Shown here: positions 37,140 to 45,481 of the stretch, piece after piece
How the letters are laid out: each line of letters begins with the position of its first letter
Position numbering within the stretch: position 1 is the first letter of the stretch
Source of the DNA: Promethearchaeota archaeon
Lineage (GTDB): Archaea > Asgardarchaeota > Thorarchaeia > Thorarchaeales > Thorarchaeaceae
Reading direction: 5' to 3'
Assembly (NCBI GenBank): GCA_048939765.1
Contig: JBHLPF010000009.1
Span: 1,716-65,715 of the forward strand
DNA length: 64,000 nt
Program-made: the position numbers and the translations under genes
The notes under the pieces: model-generated
What the model saw: the letters and a program-made list of their open reading frames with translations, nothing else
Databases searched by the model: none
Told to the model about the DNA's origin: nothing

Positions 37140-37931
37140 ATGTCTGACGAATATATTGAGTGTCCCTCGTGCAATTCTATCGTCCCTATCGGACGCTTCT
37201 GTAAATCCTGCGGAGAAAGCCTCATAGTTGCTCCTCCAGCAAAATCTCCGAAAGAACCATCTCCTGAACCCCCGGCACCGCTAATTCCAGAAGAAGACAT
37301 GCCAACTAATCTTCCTGAATTTGCGATCACTGTCCCAGAAATGGACAAACTTGCATTTACTAGAATAATGTCCAAAGCCGAACTCAGCGTCATTCAGAAG
37401 GATCTGGACCTCCTGATTAGGCAGATACAGTCCACTAGACAGGCACTTCAATTGCAGCATTCTGACAAGGCTCTCCTGACAGCCAGGGCTGAGCAGCTCA
37501 GAGCGGCTTTTGATAAAACAAAAGCCAGACGAGAGGAGTTATCCAGCGGTACTGGGAAGCTAGTTTTGGAGAAAATCCATGCTAGCTTCAAGGAGCACGA
37601 GGAGAAGCTTGCCAAACTAGATGCGGCGGAAGACTCGTTAGACTCCGCAATCTACAAAGAACAGCGTGAAAAGCTCATTGCGACTCTGAAGGCCTTGAAA
37701 AAGGAACTGAAGAATTCCATCAAGGTGGCAGAGAAATGGCACAAGGGCATGAAGGGGGCACGTCGTACCATAGAGAAGGACAGCAGTAGACTTGATGCCA
37801 AGTACAAAATGGGAGATATGTCTGCGAGTACGTATGATGACGCAAAAGCTAGAATCGAGAGGTCCCTCATGGTTCTTGAAGTGGCGAGAGGAATGCTGGG
37901 TGAGATCATAGAGAACGCAAAGAAGATGTGA
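37140..37931 (+). CDS. Zn-ribbon plus long coiled-coil protein (CdvA-like tail)
   Basis: CPSC...FCKSCG; Pro-rich linker; LDAKYKMGDMSASTYD motif. Confidence 0.7.
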   Translation: MSDEYIECPSCNSIVPIGRFCKSCGESLIVAPPAKSPKEPSPEPPAPLIPEEDMPTNLPEFAITVPEMDKLAFTRIMSKAELSVIQKDLDLLIRQIQSTRQALQLQHSDKALLTARAEQLRAAFDKTKARREELSSGTGKLVLEKIHASFKEHEEKLAKLDAAEDSLDSAIYKEQREKLIATLKALKKELKNSIKVAEKWHKGMKGARRTIEKDSSRLDAKYKMGDMSASTYDDAKARIERSLMVLEVARGMLGEIIENAKKM

Positions 37932-37963
37932 CTGACTGAACAGTTTCGAGGAGACTGAATGCA

Positions 37964-38284
37964 ATGGCTCTTAGTCTTTCAGATTGTACGGCGCAGTGCA
38001 AGAAGTTCAGGTGCGATCGCAAGCCAAGTGAACTAGAAATTCGTGGCAAAGGTGAGAAAAAGATCGTCTGGTGCACTTGGGTGGATGATGAGTGCGATGG
38101 TCCTTGGTGTATGTACGGCGTCTGCATTGATCACAGAATGACTACTGATGGAAAATGTAAAGGCTTCAGCAAGTCCCGGGCGCCGTTACTGGGCCCGGAT
38201 CAGATTGAAGACTATAGCAGTGAAATGGATGACGGTATACCAGAAAAGTTTCAGAAAGATATCAGCGGACGAAGAATGTCTTAG
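37964..38284 (+). CDS. Cys-rich hypothetical protein
   Basis: Eight Cys: C..QCKKFRC, WC.W..DEC.G..C.Y..C...C. Confidence 0.7.
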   Translation: MALSLSDCTAQCKKFRCDRKPSELEIRGKGEKKIVWCTWVDDECDGPWCMYGVCIDHRMTTDGKCKGFSKSRAPLLGPDQIEDYSSEMDDGIPEKFQKDISGRRMS

Positions 38285-38362
38285 CAAACCACATCTGATG
38301 CGGTGCCCCGTAATGTCTATAAGCAACACGGAAACCATCGCACTCAGCGAAGGTGAATCGGA

Positions 38363-38488
38363 TTGTTTGATGAAGTTCGTCCAGAAATGAGAGCACTGAT
38401 CTATCTCATGATTGGACTATCCATGCTAGGTATAGGGATTATTCTGGGTCAGGCTGCCTTCGCAATCGGCTTCCTGGGGCCACCTTGA
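38363..38488 (+). CDS. 41-aa single-TM micro-protein (absent from the ORF track)
   Basis: MFDEVRPEMRALIYLMIGLSMLGIGIILGQAAFAIGFLGPP; AGGTGA six nt before TTG. Confidence 0.5.
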   Translation: MFDEVRPEMRALIYLMIGLSMLGIGIILGQAAFAIGFLGPP

Positions 38489-38516
38489 TTCGTCGATTTT
38501 GCATGAGTGATTCCTC

Positions 38517-39518
38517 TTGACAGAGCTTGAGGATATCATACAAATCTTGAATGAATTCGAGGGTATCTCTCGCAAGTATGTCCTGCCCGCCATAATAGGG
38601 AAACTCAGATCTGCATCGTTCAATGGAACACAAGAGCATGGACTTGGTGAGGACTCTGCTGCGATTAGTACCAGCAGCGATGATGTCGTTCTTCTAACCA
38701 CAGATGCAATTGTAGAGGAGTTATGTCTGCACCACCCCCATGCGGCGGGCTTTAATGCAGTCTTGGCAACTGTGATGGACATCTATGCGGCTGGAGGTAC
38801 TCCAACATCCTTTGCAGTTGCTCTTTCGTACTCGGATGATAAGATAGGCGAGCAGCTACTAGAGGGCTTAATTGATGGCTCTCAGTCATTTAGAGTTCCC
38901 ATCGTACGAGGGCACACGAGTCCACAATCACGTCTGACTTATGTTGTTGGATCTGCCACTGGAACTGTTCGCAAGGAGCATCTTCTGACCGCAGGAGGAG
39001 CGGAATCCGGGGATGCTCTAGTCCTCCTCTTTGATAAGGTTGGGCAAAGAGGAGCAAGCTACAGACTTGGTTGGGACTCGGTGACTGGACACAGTTCCGA
39101 GTATGTCGTGAAGAGATTAACAGTGATGAACGAGCTGGCAGGCGAAAACCTGCTAAATGCCTCAAAAGACATATCCGTCGCTGGACTAGTAGGTACTGCA
39201 GGAATGATGCTAGAGTACTCAGGAAAGGGCGGCATCATTGATATTGATGCTGTAGATATGACACGCCCTCAAAGCATAGGACTGACTGACTGGATTCGTA
39301 TGTACATATCGCTAGGGTTTCTAGTAGCTGCGTCAGAATCGAATCTGAAACGTATCGTGAAGATTGCAGAAGCACACGATATGACGGCTACCAAGATTGG
39401 AAGTGTTGACGATAGCACATCGCTTCGGTTGCGACTCGCCTCTGAAGTGCGAATTATGTTTGACTATTCCAAGGGTCCCCTGTTGATTCCAAAGGTCGGC
39501 ACCAATGATATCTCCTAG
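38517..39518 (+). CDS. AIR synthase (PurM-fold) related protein
   Basis: GEDSAAI, D.YA.GG.P, GGHT-like RGHT, KDIS.AG..GT. Confidence 0.85.
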   Translation: MTELEDIIQILNEFEGISRKYVLPAIIGKLRSASFNGTQEHGLGEDSAAISTSSDDVVLLTTDAIVEELCLHHPHAAGFNAVLATVMDIYAAGGTPTSFAVALSYSDDKIGEQLLEGLIDGSQSFRVPIVRGHTSPQSRLTYVVGSATGTVRKEHLLTAGGAESGDALVLLFDKVGQRGASYRLGWDSVTGHSSEYVVKRLTVMNELAGENLLNASKDISVAGLVGTAGMMLEYSGKGGIIDIDAVDMTRPQSIGLTDWIRMYISLGFLVAASESNLKRIVKIAEAHDMTATKIGSVDDSTSLRLRLASEVRIMFDYSKGPLLIPKVGTNDIS

Positions 39519-39561
39519 TCCGTCATAGTTATAATGCATACTTGTCCGACTTGCGGATGAA

Positions 39562-39789
39562 GTGAGGAACTTGTCGACAACAAAGAAGACCTGCAGTATT
39601 GCAGGCTGCAATAAACCCTACAAGAGGTCCTTTGCCACAGTACGGATAACCGAGAGTATAGCCAAGTCCGGTCTGAGGGTGAAGGATGCTCGGTCGCGCA
39701 AGACTTACCTCTGCTCAGATCATTGGAAGCAGGTAAAGAAAGCCTTCAAGAAGGATACAAAACCTGAGCGGATGCGATGGGGTCACTAA
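39562..39789 (+). CDS. Small basic putative Zn-binding protein
   Basis: CSIAGC...YLCSDH; Lys/Arg-rich. Confidence 0.7.
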   Translation: MRNLSTTKKTCSIAGCNKPYKRSFATVRITESIAKSGLRVKDARSRKTYLCSDHWKQVKKAFKKDTKPERMRWGH

Positions 39790-39839
39790 CAATTGTCTTA
39801 TCAGCATGTGCTCACTAATATTCGCAAGGTATCAAAGAA

Positions 39840-40199
39840 ATGAGCGCCGAAGAGGATGCTTTCTCAAGACTAAGTCCCAGCTGGAAGTTGTGGCTTGAGT
39901 ACAAGGGTGAATATGTATTTGGTCCGGGAGCCTATGCTATTCTGAAGAGCATTCAGGAGAAGGGAACCATAACCGCCGGAGCGAAGGCCCTAGGTATGTC
40001 ATATCGCTATGCATGGGGTGTAGTGAGAAAGATTGAGCAGACACTTGGAGTGAAGCTCTTGGAAACCTTCAAAGGAGGTACTGAGGGCGGCGGAGGCGCA
40101 AGAATAACTGATTTTGGGACCAAGCTAATGGCGCTTTTTGCAAGTGTTCAAGAGAGTTTTGAGCAAGTGAGTAGTGAAGAAGACCGTCGTCGTTCATGA
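39840..40199 (+). CDS. modE: ModE-family winged-helix regulator
   Basis: GTITAGAKALGMSYRYAWG, GG..GGGA.IT.FG. Confidence 0.88.
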   Translation: MSAEEDAFSRLSPSWKLWLEYKGEYVFGPGAYAILKSIQEKGTITAGAKALGMSYRYAWGVVRKIEQTLGVKLLETFKGGTEGGGGARITDFGTKLMALFASVQESFEQVSSEEDRRRS

Positions 40200-41255
40200 G
40201 AATCTAAGGACAATAGCCTTGTTTGGACAGTGGCTTTTGCAATCCAGGCACAATATACAGTCCGCTGAGTGCATATGCTGGTACGGGAACCTACGTATTC
40301 TGATGTTCATTGGGCATACTACTTCACAGACGTTGCATGTGTCAGGAGTACATCGTGCTGGATTCCTTCCGATACTGAACAATGCCGCCCTTGAGAATAC
40401 ACCGTAGAGCCAACCAGCGGGACAAATCCATCTACAGAACCACCTCGGTACCCAGAAGCTGACAATGACGACTAAGGCGACAAATGCAAACTGGACCAAG
40501 AACCATCCCCATTGTGTCACATACCAGAGTGTTTCAAGACTTGTTGGCCAGCTCTGATGCGTGAACTCTATGAAAATTATGTATGCTGGATTCACTGGAT
40601 TAAACGCATCACTTGCAAAGACGCCTAGAATATCCACCAATGCCTCTTCATTCCCAAGAACCGTGCTGATTCCAACCCAAGCAGCCAAGAAACCTACGAT
40701 GACAAAGATGTACATCTTTATTCGACGGAGTTCTCTCTCAGTTCCGGGTGCTGGACGCACTTTGTTTCTATTTGGTAAAGATGCAAAGTCCTGAATGGTC
40801 CCTATAGGGCAGATCCATCCACATGCAGATCGTCCTAGAACGGTCAATACGATTATCATTGCACCAAGCGTGAAGAATGGGAAGAATCCGGTAGTCAATT
40901 CCAGCTGGAGTGTGTCAAAGCTACCTGCTAGAACAGAAAATGCGCCTTCTAATGGAGAAAGAATCGGAATAGCGGGCAAAATGTCACGAAAACCTTGCCA
41001 GAAGGCTATGACTTGGTCTCCACCAAACCATGCCGCAAAAAGGTAGACGTTGATTCCTATGAAGAATAGAATCTGTACAACTCTTCTCAGCATTCTCGTG
41101 TTAAGAATAAGACCCAGAGGATTCTTCAGACTGACTCTTGGAAGCCTATCGATCTCATGTTGTTCTTCAGTTGTTTCCTCCTCAGCAATCTCATCCAGCT
41201 CGATCTGCTCATCGTCGTCAGGCATGTCATCAGTCCTTTCGGAATCCTCCGCCAT
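40194..41255 (-). CDS. Membrane 4Fe-4S binding protein (NapH/MauN/NosR-like)
   Basis: GRSACGWICP.G, RWFCRWICPAG, C..C..VCPM, CILCLDC...CP. Confidence 0.88.
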   Translation of the reverse strand: MAEDSERTDDMPDDDEQIELDEIAEEETTEEQHEIDRLPRVSLKNPLGLILNTRMLRRVVQILFFIGINVYLFAAWFGGDQVIAFWQGFRDILPAIPILSPLEGAFSVLAGSFDTLQLELTTGFFPFFTLGAMIIVLTVLGRSACGWICPIGTIQDFASLPNRNKVRPAPGTERELRRIKMYIFVIVGFLAAWVGISTVLGNEEALVDILGVFASDAFNPVNPAYIIFIEFTHQSWPTSLETLWYVTQWGWFLVQFAFVALVVIVSFWVPRWFCRWICPAGWLYGVFSRAALFSIGRNPARCTPDTCNVCEVVCPMNIRIRRFPYQHMHSADCILCLDCKSHCPNKAIVLRFS

Positions 41256-41341
41256 TAGATTCAGACCTCTTCTAGGGCGTATCGACGGCGAAGACTTGAG
41301 CTAGCATTAAAAAGCTTGTGTTGAAAGATGAGTTCCTTTCG

Positions 41342-41752
41342 CTATATCGCTGGTATGAATGATATGTGTATATCGCTCGCAATCAACTGAATCACTAGAG
41401 AATATGCGCCTGCTTCCGAGGGCGGTTGCAGCACAATTGAGTGTCCATATGTTTCGCCCCAATACTGAGAGGGGACTCCGAGTTTCTCAAACGCAACAGT
41501 GAGATTTCCGCCGCTGGATGTGACTGACACACCATCTGGTACATTGATCTCAAACGACGTACTGTTCACAGTCCCGTTGTCCACCCTTTCTATCAGATTG
41601 TGCAGCCTTTCAGCGAAGTGTTCTGCCATCTCCAACTGTGACGCATTGCCAAGCGTATCTATAGTATATAGAAGAACCGGGACTCCAATAATGACCGCCG
41701 TGCTCAACCCAATGGCGATGAGAATCATTTTCTCGAGAGACCTTGATACCAT
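41342..41752 (-). CDS. Signal-anchored hypothetical protein (pilin-like N-terminus)
   Basis: MVSRS-LEKMILIAIG.. hydrophobic helix followed by a beta-rich domain. Confidence 0.6.
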   Translation of the reverse strand: MVSRSLEKMILIAIGLSTAVIIGVPVLLYTIDTLGNASQLEMAEHFAERLHNLIERVDNGTVNSTSFEINVPDGVSVTSSGGNLTVAFEKLGVPSQYWGETYGHSIVLQPPSEAGAYSLVIQLIASDIHISFIPAI

Positions 41753-41854
41753 GTTTCTTTGTTCAGCAATCTACCCAATAAACGGCCCGCTCGATTGTGA
41801 GTGTCACCGAAGGCTTTAAGCTGTTATGAACATCATGAACGTGGCTGCCATACT

Positions 41855-43258
41855 ATGAAGAAAATGGTTCCAATCCACATTGGGCTTGTAGGTCATATAG
41901 ATCATGGAAAGACCGAGCTCGCACGGGCACTCAGTGAGAAGGTGTCAACAGCTGGTCTTGACAAGCATCCACAAGCCAAAGAGAGGGGCATCACAATAGA
42001 CCTCGGGTTCACTATGTTCACCTTAGGTGATTTCCTAGTTACACTTGTTGACGCGCCAGGGCATGCTGATCTCATTAGAAGTGTTGTAGCTAGTGCGGCC
42101 ATTATCGATGCCGCCATTTTGGTGGTTGCTGCTGACGAAGGCGCACAGATACAGACTGGAGAGCATATTGTTGTGCTCAAGTCGATGGGAATTGAGAATA
42201 TACTTGTAGCAATCACAAAGACTGACACAGTTGATGCAATTCGGTTAGATGCTGTGGTACGGCAGATGAAGGACATCATCGCGGGTGCTCAAATCTCTAA
42301 TGTCGACTATGTAACGGTTTCCTCGAAAACTGGTGAAGGTTTGGACAAGCTAAGGGACATTCTACTCAACAGGCTTGAACCCCAGAAGCGACAAAAGGAT
42401 GGGCCCTTTCTGATGCCTATCGACCACGCATTCACTGTGAAGGGCCATGGCACAGTAGTCACAGGTACAGTACTACGTGGTACTCTGAGCGCCGGTGAAA
42501 CAGTCCAGCTATCACCCCAGGGCAATTCCTCACGAGTCAGGTCTATACAGACATTTGGTGAAGAGAGGACCGAAGCCAGCGCGGGAGATCGCGTGGGGCT
42601 GAATGTTCCAGACATTGACCATAGGGTAGTTAAACGCGGCAATTATCTTGCGAAACCTAGCACAATGCATCATTCTAGGCATATCATTGTGAGCTTGGGG
42701 AGAAATGGACTCTACAAGGGTAGGGTCTCAAAGGGGTTGATCCTAAGTGCTACCGTGGGCATGCCAACAGTGACAGCCGAGCTGATTCCGCTTCTAGGTG
42801 ACACCAATATGATGCTGGAGGAGACAACTGAGTTGTCATTCAAGGCAGCCCTCGTGTTTCAGGAGGACATTCCAGTAGAGATTGGGACTCGAGTTCTCTT
42901 GATGCGCACGGATCTGCCTCCCACGCATATGCGCATCATGGGTTCTGGCGAGGTGATCGAGATTCCTGAGAATCTTGTTCTGAAGCGGAGCATTCGTAGA
43001 ACTGGTCATGTGAGCAGGATTCGCGAAGACGATGTTCTAGTGGAGGGACTGGCATCAAGCAAAGAGATTGCAGAGTCATTATCTGGTTTACATGTACAAA
43101 CACCAAGAGGAATCAAGGGAACCCTTAAGCAGCCTTTTGGAACACGAGGTGTTGTATCAGTCAAGTTTGAGAGTCCCGTTGAGGACTCAGAAGAGGTAAT
43201 CTATGAACGATTCGTTGAGGAGGAGATGGCCTTTGGATATAGACGAAAAGTTGGCTGA
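41855..43258 (+). CDS. selB: Selenocysteine-specific elongation factor SelB
   Basis: GHIDHGKT, ERGITIDLGF, DAPGH, TKTD; C-terminal extra domain; Sec cluster context. Confidence 0.92.
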   Translation: MKKMVPIHIGLVGHIDHGKTELARALSEKVSTAGLDKHPQAKERGITIDLGFTMFTLGDFLVTLVDAPGHADLIRSVVASAAIIDAAILVVAADEGAQIQTGEHIVVLKSMGIENILVAITKTDTVDAIRLDAVVRQMKDIIAGAQISNVDYVTVSSKTGEGLDKLRDILLNRLEPQKRQKDGPFLMPIDHAFTVKGHGTVVTGTVLRGTLSAGETVQLSPQGNSSRVRSIQTFGEERTEASAGDRVGLNVPDIDHRVVKRGNYLAKPSTMHHSRHIIVSLGRNGLYKGRVSKGLILSATVGMPTVTAELIPLLGDTNMMLEETTELSFKAALVFQEDIPVEIGTRVLLMRTDLPPTHMRIMGSGEVIEIPENLVLKRSIRRTGHVSRIREDDVLVEGLASSKEIAESLSGLHVQTPRGIKGTLKQPFGTRGVVSVKFESPVEDSEEVIYERFVEEEMAFGYRRKVG

Positions 43259-44543
43259 GCTCATTCCAAAAAGAATGGCCGAGCGAGGTCGCATCACTAT
43301 GGACTCGCTTCTTGCTCCAATCAAAGACATTTTGAACAGACGACGGTTTCCTGAGAAATCTCTAGCAGATGACCAAATCGAGCTGATGTTTCGTCTATTA
43401 TCTTCCATGGATACAGACAAAGACCCTGCCGCAGCACGAGTAGGGGAACGAGAGGCGCGAGTAGCATCACCATATATTTCGCGGCTTGCAGCTGGATTCA
43501 ATCATGGCATTGGACGTGGTGGCCGCGTCACAGCACCACAGCCCAAGGCTCCTGGTGCCTCCTTAATGCAGCAGCTTGCAAACACAGTGGCCCTTGATGC
43601 GATGAAGAGCCTTGGCCTTCCAAATGTGAGAGCTGGAATTGTGCTGCCTTTAGCCACCGGCATGACCATTGGTCTCGTCTTGAGCGCTCTTAGAAGCGAA
43701 TACTCCTTTGATACAGTATTGCATCCCCGGTTAGACCATTCGTCACCAATAAAAGGCGTTGCTTTGACTGGCCTTGACATGGTGACCACCCCAACTGTCT
43801 TGGAGGGAGATGCAGTACGTGCTGACTTGACCAAGCTAGAAGAAGAGGTATCAAAGAGGAAATCGTGTGCAATTCTTGCGACTACGACATTCTTTCCACC
43901 GAGGGAGTCAGATCCAGTGAAGGATCTATCTCGACTCTGTAGCGATGAAGACATTCCACTTGTCATCAACAATGCATATGGGGTTCAGTCCGAGGCAGTC
44001 ATGGCTCGTCTGCAATCCGCCATTGATGCTGGACGAGTAGATGCAATAGTACAGAGTAGCGACAAGAACTTCCTGTCGCCGGTCGGTGCATCAATCCTAG
44101 TATCACCGAGGGAGGAAACGGTAGAGAAAGCTGCTGAGAGCTACGCAGGTAGGGCTTCTGCAGCTCCTGTGGCTCAGACATTGGCAGCTCTTCTTGCACT
44201 TGGTCTTGAGAGATACCGGACTCTGAGAGAGGAGCAGCTTAAGAACAAGCACCTTCTTGATGCAAAGCTAGCCGAGATTGCTGGGTCCATTGGCCAACGT
44301 GTCCTCTCAGTTGAGAATCCAGTCGCTTCAGCAATGACACTGGACGGTCTGGACGCCAAAGATCTTGGTGGCAGGCTCTATAATCTCCGAGTTACTGGCC
44401 CTAGGGCTATTCCTAAAGGTGCATTCGGATCATGTATAGACAACTATCCACACAGTTATCTTGTCATGAATGCAGCCATAGGATCTTCTAGGAGTGACAT
44501 AGAGAATGCTACTACGAAACTCTTTAAGGAGGTCAGTGGCTAG
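43233..44543 (+). CDS. spcS: O-phosphoseryl-tRNA(Sec) selenium transferase (SepSecS)
   Basis: SMDTDK, VGEREAR, HGIGR.G....QPKAPG, INNAYG, QSSDKNFL.PVG; likely TTG start after a GAGGAG Shine-Dalgarno (ORF from 43203). Confidence 0.95.
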   Translation: MDIDEKLAELIPKRMAERGRITMDSLLAPIKDILNRRRFPEKSLADDQIELMFRLLSSMDTDKDPAAARVGEREARVASPYISRLAAGFNHGIGRGGRVTAPQPKAPGASLMQQLANTVALDAMKSLGLPNVRAGIVLPLATGMTIGLVLSALRSEYSFDTVLHPRLDHSSPIKGVALTGLDMVTTPTVLEGDAVRADLTKLEEEVSKRKSCAILATTTFFPPRESDPVKDLSRLCSDEDIPLVINNAYGVQSEAVMARLQSAIDAGRVDAIVQSSDKNFLSPVGASILVSPREETVEKAAESYAGRASAAPVAQTLAALLALGLERYRTLREEQLKNKHLLDAKLAEIAGSIGQRVLSVENPVASAMTLDGLDAKDLGGRLYNLRVTGPRAIPKGAFGSCIDNYPHSYLVMNAAIGSSRSDIENATTKLFKEVSG

Positions 44544-44572
44544 CTCATAGCTGGCCTGAGGGAGGGCTAGCC

Positions 44573-45217
44573 TTGGAAGAAATCGGCGACAAGATCGAGA
44601 TTAGCAAGACCATCAGCTACGATATGCCAGATTCATCAGTTGTGTTTCGACTTGCTTGGTATGTAGTTGCATCGAAGCCTGGCGTTCTCCTGAACGAATA
44701 CAGCGAGGCTGAAAGCCAGATATACAAGGGAAAGGCCATCTTCTCATCGAAAGAAGCCAATGCCGACGTGCGCATCTGGGTTGAAGAAGCACAGAGATCG
44801 GTGGAGATAACTGGTTGGGGTACTGAACAAGACCAGCTTGAAGAGTATCTCAATGAAGTTGCTGCATCAGTGGAGTCCTCAGTGGGCAAGTATCAGTCTC
44901 TCTCAGATGAAGAGAAAGGGAAGCTTCGGCGTGCTCTTGTTGCAAAGACATGTTGGGACAAGATTGTTTTCGAGATTCTCAATAAGGCTCCTGCCGGTAC
45001 TGTCTATTTCCAGCTGGCTCACGGTCGGGAGATGATAATCAAGGCTACTGAGGGTGAGGACATACATGCCCTGCCTTTGACTACGTCGGGTTGGCTTACC
45101 AGAATCGAGGGTATGCCTAGGGATGAGGCGCTGCCGAGTAGTATAGCCATGGAACTGGCTAAGAAGAGTGTAGAGTGGAAGAAGGAAACGCAGGACATCA
45201 TTGCTCGCTACATTTGA
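44573..45217 (+). CDS. Hypothetical protein within the Sec cluster
   Basis: 214-aa ORF; GGAGG Shine-Dalgarno-like element; co-oriented between SepSecS and tRNA-Sec. Confidence 0.75.
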   Translation: MEEIGDKIEISKTISYDMPDSSVVFRLAWYVVASKPGVLLNEYSEAESQIYKGKAIFSSKEANADVRIWVEEAQRSVEITGWGTEQDQLEEYLNEVAASVESSVGKYQSLSDEEKGKLRRALVAKTCWDKIVFEILNKAPAGTVYFQLAHGREMIIKATEGEDIHALPLTTSGWLTRIEGMPRDEALPSSIAMELAKKSVEWKKETQDIIARYI

Positions 45218-45265
45218 ATGTCTAACCTCTAAGCTTAAGTCCAAGGCGCCTTCTGAGAAAGACGT

Positions 45266-45356
45266 GGCCTCCTACAGGGTCGGTGGTCCGGCTCCATGGG
45301 CTTCAAACCCATGATCGTGCAAGCGATGAGAGTTCGATTCTCTTTGGAGGCCGCCA
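45266..45356 (+). tRNA. selC: tRNA-Sec (anticodon UCA at 45303-45305), 9/4 fold, CCA encoded
   Basis: Acceptor GGCCTCCTA/TTGGAGGCC; D stem GGGTCGG-TGGT-CCGGCTC; anticodon arm CATGGG-CTTCAAA-CCCATG; variable arm ATCGT-GCAA-GCGAT; T arm AGAG-TTCGATT-CTCT; G73 then CCA. Confidence 0.95.
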
Positions 45357-45481
45357 AATCATAGTCGCTTTCTTGCCTCTCTTTTCTGATTACCGAGTAG
45401 GTGATTGGACCAAAACAATATCGCAAGGAGGTCTGCTTCTCCTCCTCGATGAAGAAGGTGTCTTCGTCAGAGATCATTGGC

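Noticed and set aside
38517-39518. Possible SelD (PurM fold, near the Sec cluster, in-frame TGA three codons upstream)
   Set aside because: No N-terminal C/U-x-x-K motif, and the upstream in-frame translation is not SelD-like
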